DNA of 64,000 bases from Eledone cirrhosa (lineage: Eukaryota). A program made the translations under genes and the position numbers. Of the stretch, positions 31,121 through 47,500 are shown in pieces; positions within the stretch are counted from its first letter, which is position 1; every line of letters begins with the position of its first letter. The stretch is from assembly GCA_964016885.1 (NCBI GenBank), contig OZ024759.1, positions 1,922,001-1,986,000 of the forward strand, in the 5' to 3' direction. Under the pieces are notes generated by a model. That model did no database searches. It saw only the letters and a program-made list of their open reading frames with translations, and was not told where the DNA came from.

Positions 31121-34100
31121 TATATTAGTAACATGACAAAGTCTATATTAGTAACATGACAAAGTCTATATTAGTAACATGACACAGTCTATATTAGTAA
31201 CATGACACAGTCTATATTAGTAACATGAGACAGTCTATATTAGTAGCATGACAAAGTCTATATTAGTAACATGACACGGTCTACATTAGTAACATGACAA
31301 AGTCTATATTAGTAACATGACACAGTCTATATTAGTAACATGAGACAGTCTATATTAGTAACATGACTAAGTCTATATTAGTAACATGACACAGTCTATA
31401 TTAGTAACATGACACAGTCTATATTAGTAACATGACAAAGTCTATATTAGTTACATGACAAAGTCTATATTAGTAACATGACAAAGTCTATATTAGTAAC
31501 ATGACACAGTCTATATTAGTAACATGACGAAGTCTATATTAGTAACATGACACAGTCTATATTAGTAACATGACACAGTATATATTAGTAACATGAAAAA
31601 GTCTATATTAGTAACATGACAAAGTCTATATTAGTAACATGACAAAGTCTATATTAGTAACATGACAAAGTCTATATTAGTAGCATGACACAGACTATAT
31701 TAGCAACATGACAAAGTCTATATTAGTAACATGACACAGTCTATATTAGTAACATGACACAGTCTATATTAGTAACATGACACAGTCTATATTAGTAACA
31801 TGACAAAGTCTACATTAGTAACATGACAAAGTCTATATTAGTAACATGACAAGGTCTGTATTAGTAACATGACACAGTCTATATTAGTAGCATGACACAG
31901 TCTATATTAGTAACATGATACAGTCTATATTAGTAACATGACAAAGTCTATATTAGTAACATGACAAAGTCTATATTAGTAAAATGACAAAGTCTATATT
32001 AGTAACATGACAAAGTCTTTATTAGTAACATGACACAGTCTATATTAGTAACATGACACAGTCTATATTAGTAACATGACAAAGTCTATATTAGTAACAT
32101 GACACAGTCTATATTAGTAACATGACACAGTCTATATTAGTAACATGACACAGTCTAGATTAGTAACATGACACAGTCTATATTAGTAACATGAGACACT
32201 CTATATTAGTAGCATGACAAAGTCTATATTAGTAACATGACACAGTCTACATTAGTAACATGACAAAGTCTATATTAGTAACATGACACAGTCTATATTA
32301 GTAACATGAGACAGTCTATATTAGTAACATGACAAAGTCTATATTAGTAACATGACACAGTCTATATTAGTAACATGACAAAGTCTATATTAGTAACATG
32401 ACAAAGTCTATATTAGTAACATGACACAGTCTATATTAATAACATGACACAGTCTATATTAGTAACATGACACAGTCTATATTATTAACATGAGAAAGTC
32501 TATATTAGTAACATGACACAGTCTATATTAGTAACATGAGACAGTCTATATTAGTAACATGACTAAGTCTATATTAGTAACATGACACAGTCTATATTAG
32601 TAACATGACACAGTCTATATTAGTAACATGACAAAGTCTATATTAGTTACATGACAAAGTCTATATTAGTAACATGACAAAGTCTATATTAGTAACATGA
32701 CACAGTCTATATTAATAACATGACAAAGTCTATATTAGTAACATGACACAGTCTATATTAGTAACATGACACAGTCTATATTAGTAACATGACACAGTCT
32801 ATATTAGTAACATGACACAGTCTATATTAGTAACATGACAAAGTCTATATTAGTAACATGACACAGTCTATATTAGTAACATGACACAGTCTATATTAGT
32901 AACATGACACAGTCTAGATTAGTAACATGACACAGTCTATATTAGTAACATGAGACAGTCTATATTAGTAGCATGACAAAGTCTATATTAGTAACATGAC
33001 ACAGTCTACATTAGTAACATGACAAAGTCTATATTAGTAACATGACACAGTCTATATTAGTAACATGAGACAGTCTATATTAGTAACATGACAAAGTCTA
33101 TATTAGTAACATGACACAGTCTATATTAGTAACATGACAAAGTCTATATTAGTAACATGACAAAGTCTATATTAGTAACATGACACAGACTATATTAATA
33201 ACATGACACAGTCTATATTAGTAACATGACACAGTCTATATTATTAACATGACAAAGTCTATATTAGTAACATGACACAGTCTATATTAGTAACATGAGA
33301 CAGTCTATATTAGTAACATGACTAAGTCTATATTAGTAACATGACACAGTCTATATTAGTAACATGACACAGTCTATATTAGTAACATGACAAAGTCTAT
33401 ATTAGTTACATGACAAAGTCTATATTAGTAACATGACAAAGTCTATATTAGTAACATGACACAGTCTATATTAGTAACATGACAAAGTCTATATTAGTAA
33501 CATGACACAGTCTATATTAGTAACATGACACAGTCTATATTAGTAACATGACAAAGTCTATATTAGTAACATGACAAAGTCTATATTAGTAACATGACAA
33601 AGTCTATATTAGTAACATGACAAAGTCTATATTAGTAGCATGACACAGTCTATATTAGCAACATGACAAAGTCTATATTAGTAGCATGACACAGTCTATA
33701 TTAGTAGCATGACAAAGTCTGTATTAGTAACATGACAAAGTCTATATTAGTAACATGACAAAGTCTATATTAGTAACATGACAAAGTCTATATTAGTAAC
33801 ATGACACAGTCTATATTAGTAACATGACAAAGTCTATATTAGTAGCATGACAAAGTCTATATTAGTAACATGACAAAGTCTATATTAGTAACATGACAAA
33901 GTCTATATTAGTAACATGACAAAGTCTATATTAGTAACATGACAAAGTCGATATTAGTAACATGACAAAGTCTATATTAGTAACATGACACAGTATATAT
34001 TAGTAACATGACAGTCTATATTAGTAACATGACAGTCTACATTAGTAACATGACACAGTCTATATTAGTAACATGACAAAGTCGATATTAGTAACATGAC

Positions 34101-34953
34101 AATGTCTATATTAGTAACATGACAAAGTCTATATTAGTAACATGACACAGTCTATATTACTAACATGACACAGTCTATATTAGTAACATGACACAGTCTA
34201 TATTAGTAACATGACAAAGTCTATATTAGTAACATGACAAAGTCTATATTAGTAACATGACAAAGTCTATATTAGTAACATGACACAGTCTATATTAGTA
34301 GCATGACACAGTCTATGTTAGTAACATGATACAGTCTATATTAGTAACATGACAAAGTCTATATTAGTAACATGACAAAGTCTATATTAGTAGCATGACA
34401 AAGTCTATATTAGTAACATGACACAGTCTACATTAGTAACATGACAAAGTCTATATTAGTAACATGACACAGTCTATATTAGTAACATGAGACCGTCTAT
34501 ATTAGTAGCATGACTAAGTCTATATTAGTAACATGACACAGTCTATGTTAGTAACATGACACAGTCTATATTAGTAACATGACAAAGTCTATATTAGTTA
34601 CATGACAAAGTCTATATTAGTAACATGACAAAGTCTATATTAGTAACATGACACAGTCTATATTAATAACATGACACAGTCTATATTAGTAGAATGACAC
34701 AGTCTATATTAGTAACATGATACAGTCTATATTAGTAACATGACAAAGTCTATATTAGTAACATGACAAAGTCTATATTAGTAAAATGACAAAGACTATA
34801 TTAGTAACATGACAAAGTCTTTATTAGTAACATGACACAGTCTATATTAGTAACATGAAAGAGTCTACATTAGTAAAATGACAAAGTCTATATTAGTAAC
34901 ATGACAAGGTCTATATTAGTAACATGACACAGTCTATATTAGTAGCATGACAC

Positions 34954-37900
34954 AGTCTATATTAGTAACATGATACAGTCTATATTAGTAACATGACAAA
35001 GTCTATATTAGTAACATGACACAGTCTATATTAGTAACATGACAGTCTATATTAGTAACATGACAGTCTACATTAGTAACATGACAGTCTATATTAGTAA
35101 CATGACAAAGTCGATATTAGTAACATGACAATGTCTATATTAGTAACATGACAAAGTCTATATTAGTAACATGACACAGTCTATATTACTAACATGACAC
35201 AGTCTATATTAGTAACATGACAAAGTCTATATTAGTAACATGACAAAGTCTATATTAGTAACATGACAAAGTCTATATTAGTAACATGACACAGTCTATA
35301 TTAGTAACATGACACAGTCTATATTAGTAGCATGACACAGTCTATATTAGTAACACGATACAGTCTATATTAGTAACATGACAAAGTCTATATTAGTAAT
35401 ATGACAAAGTCTATATTAGTAAAATGACAAAGTCTATATTAGTAACATGACAAAGTCTATATTAGTAACATGACACAGTCTATATTAGTAACATGACACA
35501 GTCTATATTAGTAACATGACAAAGTCTATATTAGTAACATGACAAAGTCTATATTAGTAGCATGACAAAGTCTATATTAGTAACATGACACAGTCTACAT
35601 TAGTAACATGACAAAGTCTATATTAGTAACATGACACAGTCTATATTAGTAACATGAGACAGTCTATATTAGTAACATGACAAAGTCTATATTAGTAACA
35701 TGACACAGTCTATATTAGTAACATGACACAGTCTATATTAGTAACATGACAAAGTCTATATTAGTAACATGACAAAGTCTATATTAGTAACATGACAAAG
35801 TCTATATTAGTAACATGACACAGTCTATACTAGTAACATGACACAGTGTATATTAGTAACATGACAAAGTCTATATTAGTAACATGACAAAGTCTATATT
35901 AGTAACATGACAAAGTCTATATTAGTAACATGACAAAGTCTATATTAGTAGCATGACACAGTCTATATTAGCAACATGACAAAGTCTATATTAGTAACAT
36001 GACACAGTCTATATTAGTAGCATGACAAAGTCTGTATTAGTAACATGACAAAGTCTATATTAGTAACATGACAAAGTCTATATTAGTAACATGACAAAGT
36101 CTATATTAGTAACATGACACAGTCTATATTAGTAACATGACAAAGTCTATATTAGTTACATGACAAAGTCTATATTAGTAACATGACAAAGTCTATATTA
36201 GTAACATGACACAGTCTATATTAGTAACATGACACAGTCTATATTAGTAGCATGACACAGTCTATATTAGTAACATGATAAGTGTATATTAGTAACATGA
36301 CAAAGTCTATATTAGTAACATGACAAAGTCTATATTAGTAAAATGACAAAGACTATATTAGTAACATGACAAAGTCTTTATTAGTAACATGACACAGTCT
36401 ATATTAGTAACATGAAAGAGTCTACATTAGTAACATGACAAAGTCTATATTAGTAACATGACAAGGTCTATATTAGTAACATGACACAGTCTATATTAGT
36501 AGCATGACACAGTCTATATTAGTAACATGATACAGTCTATATTAGTAACATGACAAAGTCTATATTAGTAACATGACACAGTCTATATTAGTAACATGAC
36601 AGTCTATATTAGTAACATGACAGTCTACATTAGTAACATGACACAGTCTATATTAGTAACATGACAAAGTCGATATAAGTAACATGACAATGTCTATATT
36701 AGTAACATGACAAAGTCTATATTAGTAACATGACACAGTCTATATTACTAACATGACACAGTCTATATTAGTAACATGACAAAGTCTATATTAGTAACAT
36801 GACAAAGTCTATATTAGTAACATGACAAAGTCTATATTAGTAACATGACACAGTCTATATTAGTAACATGACACAGTCTATATTAGTAGCATGACACAGT
36901 CTATATTAGTAACATGATACAGTCTATATTAGTAACATGACAAAGTCTATATTAGTAATATGACAAAGTCTATATTAGTAAAATGGCAAAGTCTATATTA
37001 GTAACATGACAAAGTCTTTATTAGTAACATGACACAGTCTATATTAGTAACATGACACAGTCTATATTAGTAACATGACAAAGTCTATATTAGTAACATG
37101 ACAAAGTCTATATTAGTAACATGACACAGTCTATATTAGTAACATGACACAGTCTATATTAGTAACATGACAAAGTCTATATTAGTAACATGACACAGTC
37201 TATATTAGTAACATGACACAGTCTATATTAGTAACATGAGACAGTCTATATTAGTAGCATGACAAAGTCTATATTAGTAACATGACACAGTCTACATTAG
37301 TAACATGACAAAGTCTATATTAGTAACATGACACAGTCTATATTAGTAACATGAGACAGTCTATATTAGTAACATGACAAAGTCTATATTAGTAACATGA
37401 CACAGTCTATATTAGTAACATGACACAGTCTATATTAGTAACATGACAAAGTCTATATTAGTAACATGGCAAAGTCTATATTAGTAACATGACAAAGTCT
37501 ATATTAGTAACATGACACAGTCTATACTAGTAACATGACACAGTCTATATTAGTAACATGACAAAGTCTATATTAGTAACATGACAAAGTCTATATTAGT
37601 AACATGACAAAGTCTATATTAGTAACATGACAAAGTCTATATTAGTAGCATGACACAGTCTATATTAGCAACATGACAAAGTCTATATTAGTAACATGAC
37701 ACAGTCTATATTAGTAGCATGACAAAGTCTGTATTAGTAACATGACAAAGTCTATATTAGTAACATGACAAAGTCTATATTAGTAACATGACAAAGTCTA
37801 TATTAGTAACATGACACAGTCTATATTAGTAACGTGACAAAGTCTATATTAGTAACATGATACAGTCTATATTAGTAACATGACAAAGTCTATATTAGTA

Positions 37901-40741
37901 ACATGACACAGTCTATATTAGTAACATGACAGTCTATATTAGTAACATGACAGTCTACATTAGTAACATGACAGTCTATATTAGTAACATGACAAAGTCG
38001 ATATTAGTAACATGACAATGTCTATATTAGTAACATGACAAAGTCTATATTAGTAACATGACACAGTCTATATTACTAACATGACACAGTCTATATTAGT
38101 AACATGACAAAGTCTATATTAGTAACATGACAAAGTCTATATTAGTAACATGACAAAGTCTATATTAGTAACATGACACAGTCTATATTAGTAACATGAC
38201 ACAGTCTATATTAGTAGCATGACACAGTCTATATTAGTAACACGATACAGTCTATATTAGTAACATGACAAAGTCTATATTAGTAATATGACAAAGTCTA
38301 TATTAGTAAAATGACAAAGTCTATATTAGTAACATGACAAAGTCTATATTAGTAACATGACACAGTCTATATTAGTAACATGACACAGTCTATATTAGTA
38401 ACATGACAAAGTCTATATTAGTAACATGACAAAGTCTATATTAGTAGCATGACAAAGTCTATATTAGTAACATGACACAGTCTACATTAGTAACATGACA
38501 AAGTCTATATTAGTAACATGACACAGTCTATATTAGTAACATGAGACAGTCTATATTAGTAACATGACAAAGTCTATATTAGTAACATGACACAGTCTAT
38601 ATTAGTAACATGACACAGTCTATATTAGTAACATGACAAAGTCTATATTAGTAACATGACAAAGTCTATATTAGTAACATGACAAAGTCTATATTAGTAA
38701 CATGACACAGTCTATACTAGTAACATGACACAGTGTATATTAGTAACATGACAAAGTCTATATTAGTAACATGACAAAGTCTATATTAGTAACATGACAA
38801 AGTCTATATTAGTAACATGACAAAGTCTATATTAGTAGCATGACACAGTCTATATTAGCAACATGACAAAGTCTATATTAGTAACATGACACAGTCTATA
38901 TTAGTAGCATGACAAAGTCTGTATTAGTAACATGACAAAGTCTATATTAGTAACATGACAAAGTCTATATTAGTAACATGACAAAGTCTATATTAGTAAC
39001 ATGACACAGTCTATATTAGTAACATGACAAAGTCTATATTAGTTACATGACAAAGTCTATATTAGTAACATGACAAAGTCTATATTAGTAACATGACACA
39101 GTCTATATTAGTAACATGACACAGTCTATATTAGTAGCATGACACAGTCTATATTAGTAACATGATAAGTGTATATTAGTAACATGACAAAGTCTATATT
39201 AGTAACATGACAAAGTCTATATTAGTAAAATGACAAAGACTATATTAGTAACATGACAAAGTCTTTATTAGTAACATGACACAGTCTATATTAGTAACAT
39301 GAAAGAGTCTACATTAGTAACATGACAAAGTCTATATTAGTAACATGACAAGGTCTATATTAGTAACATGACACAGTCTATATTAGTAGCATGACACAGT
39401 CTATATTAGTAACATGATACAGTCTATATTAGTAACATGACAAAGTCTATATTAGTAACATGACACAGTCTATATTAGTAACATGACAGTCTATATTAGT
39501 AACATGACAGTCTACATTAGTAACATGACACAGTCTATATTAGTAACATGACAAAGTCGATATAAGTAACATGACAATGTCTATATTAGTAACATGACAA
39601 AGTCTATATTAGTAACATGACACAGTCTATATTACTAACATGACACAGTCTATATTAGTAACATGACAAAGTCTATATTAGTAACATGACAAAGTCTATA
39701 TTAGTAACATGACAAAGTCTATATTAGTAACATGACACAGTCTATATTAGTAACATGACACAGTCTATATTAGTAGCATGACACAGTCTATATTAGTAAC
39801 ATGATACAGTCTATATTAGTAACATGACAAAGTCTATATTAGTAATATGACAAAGTCTATATTAGTAAAATGGCAAAGTCTATATTAGTAACATGACAAA
39901 GTCTTTATTAGTAACATGACACAGTCTATATTAGTAACATGACACAGTCTATATTAGTAACATGACAAAGTCTATATTAGTAACATGACAAAGTCTATAT
40001 TAGTAACATGACACAGTCTATATTAGTAACATGACACAGTCTATATTAGTAACATGACAAAGTCTATATTAGTAACATGACACAGTCTATATTAGTAACA
40101 TGACACAGTCTATATTAGTAACATGAGACAGTCTATATTAGTAGCATGACAAAGTCTATATTAGTAACATGACACAGTCTACATTAGTAACATGACAAAG
40201 TCTATATTAGTAACATGACACAGTCTATATTAGTAACATGAGACAGTCTATATTAGTAACATGACAAAGTCTATATTAGTAACATGACACAGTCTATATT
40301 AGTAACATGACACAGTCTATATTAGTAACATGACAAAGTCTATATTAGTAACATGGCAAAGTCTATATTAGTAACATGACAAAGTCTATATTAGTAACAT
40401 GACACAGTCTATACTAGTAACATGACACAGTCTATATTAGTAACATGACAAAGTCTATATTAGTAACATGACAAAGTCTATATTAGTAACATGACAAAGT
40501 CTATATTAGTAACATGACAAAGTCTATATTAGTAGCATGACACAGTCTATATTAGCAACATGACAAAGTCTATATTAGTAACATGACACAGTCTATATTA
40601 GTAGCATGACAAAGTCTGTATTAGTAACATGACAAAGTCTATATTAGTAACATGACAAAGTCTATATTAGTAACATGACAAAGTCTATATTAGTAACATG
40701 ACACAGTCTATATTAGTAACGTGACAAAGTCTATATTAGTA
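34954..40741. repeat. Apparently identical tandem duplication of 2887 bp (126 monomers)
   Basis: Markers CACGATA 35354/38241, CGATATAAGT 36671/39558, GTAACATGGC 37461/40348 and ACGTG 37832/40719 are all offset 2887 = 126x23 - 11 (five 21-bp monomers and one 22-bp monomer). Confidence 0.92.
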
Positions 40742-42529
40742 GCATGACAAAGTCTATATTAGTAACATGACAAAGTCTATATTAGTAACATGACAAAGTC
40801 TATATTAGTATCATGACAAAGTCTATATTAGTAACATGACAAAGTCGATATTAGTAACATGACAAAGTCTATATTAGTAACATGACACAGTATATATTAG
40901 TAACATGACAGTCTATATTAGTAACATGACAGTCTACATTAGTAACATGACACAGTCTATATTAGTAACATGACAAAGTCGATATTACTAACATGACAAT
41001 GTCTATATTAGTAACATGACAAAGTCTATATTAGTAACATGACACAGTCTATATTACTAACATGACACAGTCTATATTAGTAACATGACACAGTCTATAT
41101 TAGTAACATGACAAAGTCTATATTAGTAAAATGACAAAGTCTATATTAGTAACATGACAAAGTCTTTATTAGTAACATGACACAGTCTATATTAGTAACA
41201 TGACACAGTCTATATTAGTAACATGACAAAGTCTATATTAGTAACATGACAAAGTCTATATTAGTAACATGACACAGTCTATATTAGTAACATCACACAG
41301 TCTATATTAGTAACATGACAAAGTCTATATTAGTAACATGACAAAGTCTATATTAGTAACATGACACAGTCTATATTAGTAACATGACACAGTCTATATT
41401 AGTAACATGAGACAGTCTATATTAGTAGCATGACAAAGTCTATATTAGTAACATGACACGGTCTACATTAGTAACATGACAAAGTCTATATTAGTAACAT
41501 GACACAGTCTATATTAGTAACATGAGACAGTCTATATTAGTAACATGACTAAGTCTATATTAGTAACATGACACAGTCTATATTAGTAACATGACACAGT
41601 CTATATTAGTAACATGACAAAGTCTATATTAGTTACATGACAAAGTCTATATTAGTAACATGACAAAGTCTATATTAGTAACATGACACAGTCTATATTA
41701 GTAACATGACGAAGTCTATATTAGTAACATGACACAGTCTATATTAGTAACATGACACAGTATATATTAGTAACATGAAAAAGTCTATATTAGTAACATG
41801 ACAAAGTCTATATTAGTAACATGACAAAGTCTATATTAGTAACATGACAAAGTCTATATTAGTAGCATGACACAGACTATATTAGCAACATGACAAAGTC
41901 TATATTAGTAACATGACACAGTCTATATTAGTAACATGACACAGTCTATATTAGTAACATGACACAGTCTATATTAGTAACATGACAAAGTCTACATTAG
42001 TAACATGACAAAGTCTATATTAGTAACATGACAAGGTCTGTATTAGTAACATGACACAGTCTATATTAGTAGCATGACACAGTCTATATTAGTAACATGA
42101 TACAGTCTATATTAGTAACATGACAAAGTCTATATTAGTAACATGACAAAGTCTATATTAGTAAAATGACAAAGTCTATATTAGTAACATGACAAAGTCT
42201 TTATTAGTAACATGACACAGTCTATATTAGTAACATGACACAGTCTATATTAGTAACATGACAAAGTCTATATTAGTAACATGACACAGTCTATATTAGT
42301 AACATGACACAGTCTATATTAGTAACATGACACAGTCTAGATTAGTAACATGACACAGTCTATATTAGTAACATGAGACAGTCTATATTAGTAGCATGAC
42401 AAAGTCTATATTAGTAACATGACACAGTCTACATTAGTAACATGACAAAGTCTATATTAGTAACATGACACAGTCTATATTAGTAACATGAGACAGTCTA
42501 TATTAGTAACATGACAAAGTCTATATTAG

Positions 42530-44510
42530 TAACATGACACAGTCTATATTAGTAACATGACAAAGTCTATATTAGTAACATGACAAAGTCTATATTAGTA
42601 ACATGACACAGTCTATATTAATAACATGACACAGTCTATATTAGTAACATGACACAGTCTATATTATTAACATGACAAAGTCTATATTAGTAACATGACA
42701 CAGTCTATATTAGTAACATGAGACAGTCTATATTAGTAACATGACTAAGTCTATATTAGTAACATGACACAGTCTATATTAGTAACATGACACAGTCTAT
42801 ATTAGTAACATGACAAAGTCTATATTAGTTACATGACAAAGTCTATATTAGTAACATGACAAAGTCTATATTAGTAACATGACACAGTCTATATTAGTAA
42901 CATGACGAAGTCTATATTAGTAACATGACACAGTCTATATTAGTAACATGACACAGTCTATATTAGTAACATGAAACAGTCTATATTAGTAACATGACAC
43001 AGTCTATATTAGTAACATGACAAAGTCTATATTAGTAACATGACACAGTCTATATTAGTAACATGACACAGTCTATATTAGTAACATGACAAAGTCTATA
43101 TTAGTAACATGACAAAGTCTATATTAGTAACATGACAAAGTCTATATTAGTAACATGACACAGTCTATACTAGTAACATGACACAGTCTATATTAGTAAC
43201 ATGACAAAGTCTATATTAGTAACATGACAAAGTCTATATTAGTAACATGACAAAGTCTATATTAGTAACATGACAAAGTCTATATTAGTAGCATGACACA
43301 GTCTATATTAGCAACATGACAAAGTCTATATTAGTAACATGACACAGTCTATATTAGTAGCATGACAAAGTCTGTATTAGTAACATGACAAAGTCTATAT
43401 TAGTAACATGACAAAGTCTACATTAGTAACATGACAAAGTCTATATTAGTAACATCACACAGTCTATATTAGTAACATGACAAAGTCTATATTAGTAACA
43501 TGACAAAGTCTATATTAGTAACATGACACAGTCTATATTAGTAACATGACAAAGTCTATATTAGTAACATGACAAAGTCTATATTAGTAACATGACACAG
43601 TCTATATTAATAACATGACACAGTCTATATTAGTAACATGACACAGTCTATATTATTAACATGACAAAGTCTATATTAGTAACATGACACAGTCTATATT
43701 AGTAACATGAGACAGTCTATATTAGTAACATGACTAAGTCTATATTAGTAACATGACACAGTCTATATTAGTAACATGACACAGTCTATATTAGTAACAT
43801 GACAAAGTCTATATTAGTTACATGACAAAGTCTATATTAGTAACATGACAAAGTCTATATTAGTAACATGACACAGTCTATATTAGTAACATGACGAAGT
43901 CTATATTAGTAACATGACACAGTCTATATTAGTAACATGACACAGTCTATATTAGTAACATGAAACAGTCTATATTAGTAACATGACACAGTCTATATTA
44001 GTAACATGACAAAGTCTATATTAGTAACATGACACAGTCTATATTAGTAACATGACACAGTCTATATTAGTAACATGACAAAGTCTATATTAGTAACATG
44101 ACAAAGTCTATATTAGTAACATGACAAAGTCTATATTAGTAACATGACACAGTCTATACTAGTAACATGACACAGTCTATATTAGTAACATGACAAAGTC
44201 TATATTAGTAACATGACAAAGTCTATATTAGTAACATGACAAAGTCTATATTAGTAACATGACAAAGTCTATATTAGTAGCATGACACAGTCTATATTAG
44301 CAACATGACAAAGTCTATATTAGTAACATGACACAGTCTATATTAGTAGCATGACAAAGTCTGTATTAGTAACATGACAAAGTCTATATTAGTAACATGA
44401 CAAAGTCTACATTAGTAACATGACAAAGTCTATATTAGTAACATCACACAGTCTATATTAGTAACATGACAAAGTCTATATTAGTAACATGACAAAGTCT
44501 ATATTAGTAA
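42530..44510. repeat. Local tandem duplication of 43 monomers (989 bp)
   Basis: ATAAC variant at 42621/43610 and GAAAC variant at 42973/43962, offset 989 = 43x23. Confidence 0.87.
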
Positions 44511-47500
44511 CATGACACAGTCTATATTAGTAACATGACACAGTCTATATTAGTAACATGAGACAGTCTATATTAGTAGCATGACAAAGTCTATATTAGT
44601 AACATGACACAGTCTACATTAGTAACATGACAAAGTCTTTATTAGTAACATGACACAGTCTATATTAGTAACATGAAAGAGTCTACATTAGTAACATGAC
44701 AAAGTCTATATTAGTAACATGACAAGGTCTATATTAGTAACATGACACAGTCTATATTAGTAGCATGACACAGTCTATATTAGTAACATGATACAGTCTA
44801 TATTAGTAACATGACAAAGTCTATATTAGTAACATGACACAGTCTATATTAGTAACATGACAGTCTATATTAGTAACATGACAGTCTACATTAGTAACAT
44901 GACACAGTCTATATTAGTAACATGACAAAGTCGATATTAGTAACATGACAATGTCTATATTAGTAACATGACAAAGTCTATATTAGTAACATGACACAGT
45001 CTATATTACTAACATGACACAGTCTATATTAGTAACATGACAAAGTCTATATTAGTAACATGACAAAGTCTATATTAGTAACATGACAAAGTCTATATTA
45101 GTAACATGACACAGTCTATATTAGTAACATGACACAGTCTATATTAGTAGCATGACACAGTCTATATTAGTAACATGATACAGTCTATATTAGTAACATG
45201 ACAAAGTCTATATTAGTAATATGACAAAGTCTATATTAGTAAAATGGCAAAGTCTATATTAGTAACATGACAAAGTCTTTATTAGTAACATGACACAGTC
45301 TATATTAGTAACATGACACAGTCTATATTAGTAACATGACAAAGTCTATATTAGTAACATGACAAAGTCTATATTACTAACATGACACAGTCTATATTAG
45401 TAACATGACACAGTCTATATTAGTAACATGACAAAGTCTATATTAGTAACATGACAAAGTCTATATTAGTAACATGACACAGTCTATATTAGTAACATGA
45501 CACAGTCTATATTAGTAACATGAGACAGTCTATATTAGTAGCATGACAAAGTCTATATTAGTAACATGACACAGTCTACATTAGTAACATGACAAAGTCT
45601 ATATTAGTAACATGACACAGTCTATATTAGTAACATGAGACAGTCTATATTAGTAACATGACAAAGTCTATATTAGTAACATGACACAGTCTATATTAGT
45701 AACATGACACAGTCTATATTAGTAACATGACAAAGTCTATATTAGTAACATGACAAAGTCTATATTAGTAACATGACAAAGTCTATATTAGTAACATGAC
45801 ACAGTCTATACAAGTAACATGACACAGTCTATATTAGTAACATGACAAAGTCTATATTAATAACATGACACAGTCTATATTAGTAACATGACACAGTCTA
45901 TATTATTAACATGACAAAGTCTATATTTGTAACATGACACAGTCTATATTAGCAACATGACAAAGTCTATATTAGTAACATGACACAGTCTATATTAGTA
46001 GCATGACAAAGTCTGTATTAGTAACATGACAAAGTCTATATTAGTAACATGACAAAGTCTATATTAGTAACATGACAAAGTCTATATTAGTAACATGACA
46101 CAGTCTATATTAGTAACATGACACAGTATATATTAGTAACATGACAGTCTATATTAGTAACATGACAGTCTACATTAGTAACATGACACAGTCTATATTA
46201 GTAACATGACAAAGTCGATATTACTAACATGACAATGTCTATATTAGTAACATGACAAAGTCTATATTAGTAACATGACACAGTCTATATTACTAACATG
46301 ACACAGTCTATATTAGTAACATGACACAGTCTATATTAGTAACATGACAAAGTCTATATTAGTAAAATGACAAAGTCTATATTAGTAACATGACAAAGTC
46401 TTTATTAGTAACATGACACAGTCTATATTAGTAACATGACACAGTCTATATTAGTAACATGACAAAGTCTATATTAGTAACATGACAAAGTCTATATTAG
46501 TAACATGACACAGTCTATATTAGTAACATCACACAGTCTATATTAGTAACATGACAAAGTCTATATTAGTAACATGACAAAGTCTATATTAGTAACATGA
46601 CACAGTCTATATTAGTAACATGACACAGTCTATATTAGTAACATGAGACAGTCTATATTAGTAGCATGACAAAGTCTATATTAGTAACATGACAGTCTAC
46701 ATTAGTAACATGACAAAGTCTATATTAGTAACATGACACAGTCTATATTAGTAACATGAGACAGTCTATATTAGTAACATGACTAAGTCTATATTAGTAA
46801 CATGACACAGTCTATATTAGTAACATGACACAGTCTATATTAGTAACATGACAAAGTCTATATTAGTTACATGACAAAGTCTATATTAGTAACATGACAA
46901 AGTCTATATTAGTAACATGACACAGTCTATATTAGTAACATGACGAAGTCTATATTAGTAACATGACACAGTCTATATTAGTAACATGACACAGTATATA
47001 TTAGTAACATGAAAAAGTCTATATTAGTAACATGACAAAGTCTATATTAGTAACATGACAAAGTCTATATTAGTAACATGACAAAGTCTATATTAGTAGC
47101 ATGACACAGACTATATTAGCAACATGACAAAGTCTATATTAGTAACATGACACAGTCTATATTAGTAACATGACACAGTCTATATTAGTAACATGACACA
47201 GTCTATATTAGTAACATGACAAAGTCTACATTAGTAACATGACAAAGTCTATATTAGTAACATGACAAGGTCTGTATTAGTAACATGACACAGTCTATAT
47301 TAGTAGCATGACACAGTCTATATTAGTAACATGATACAGTCTATATTAGTAACATGACAAAGTCTATATTAGTAACATGACAAAGTCTATATTAGTAAAA
47401 TGACAAAGTCTATATTAGTAACATGACAAAGTCTTTATTAGTAACATGACACAGTCTATATTAGTAACATGACACAGTCTATATTAGTAACATGACAAAG

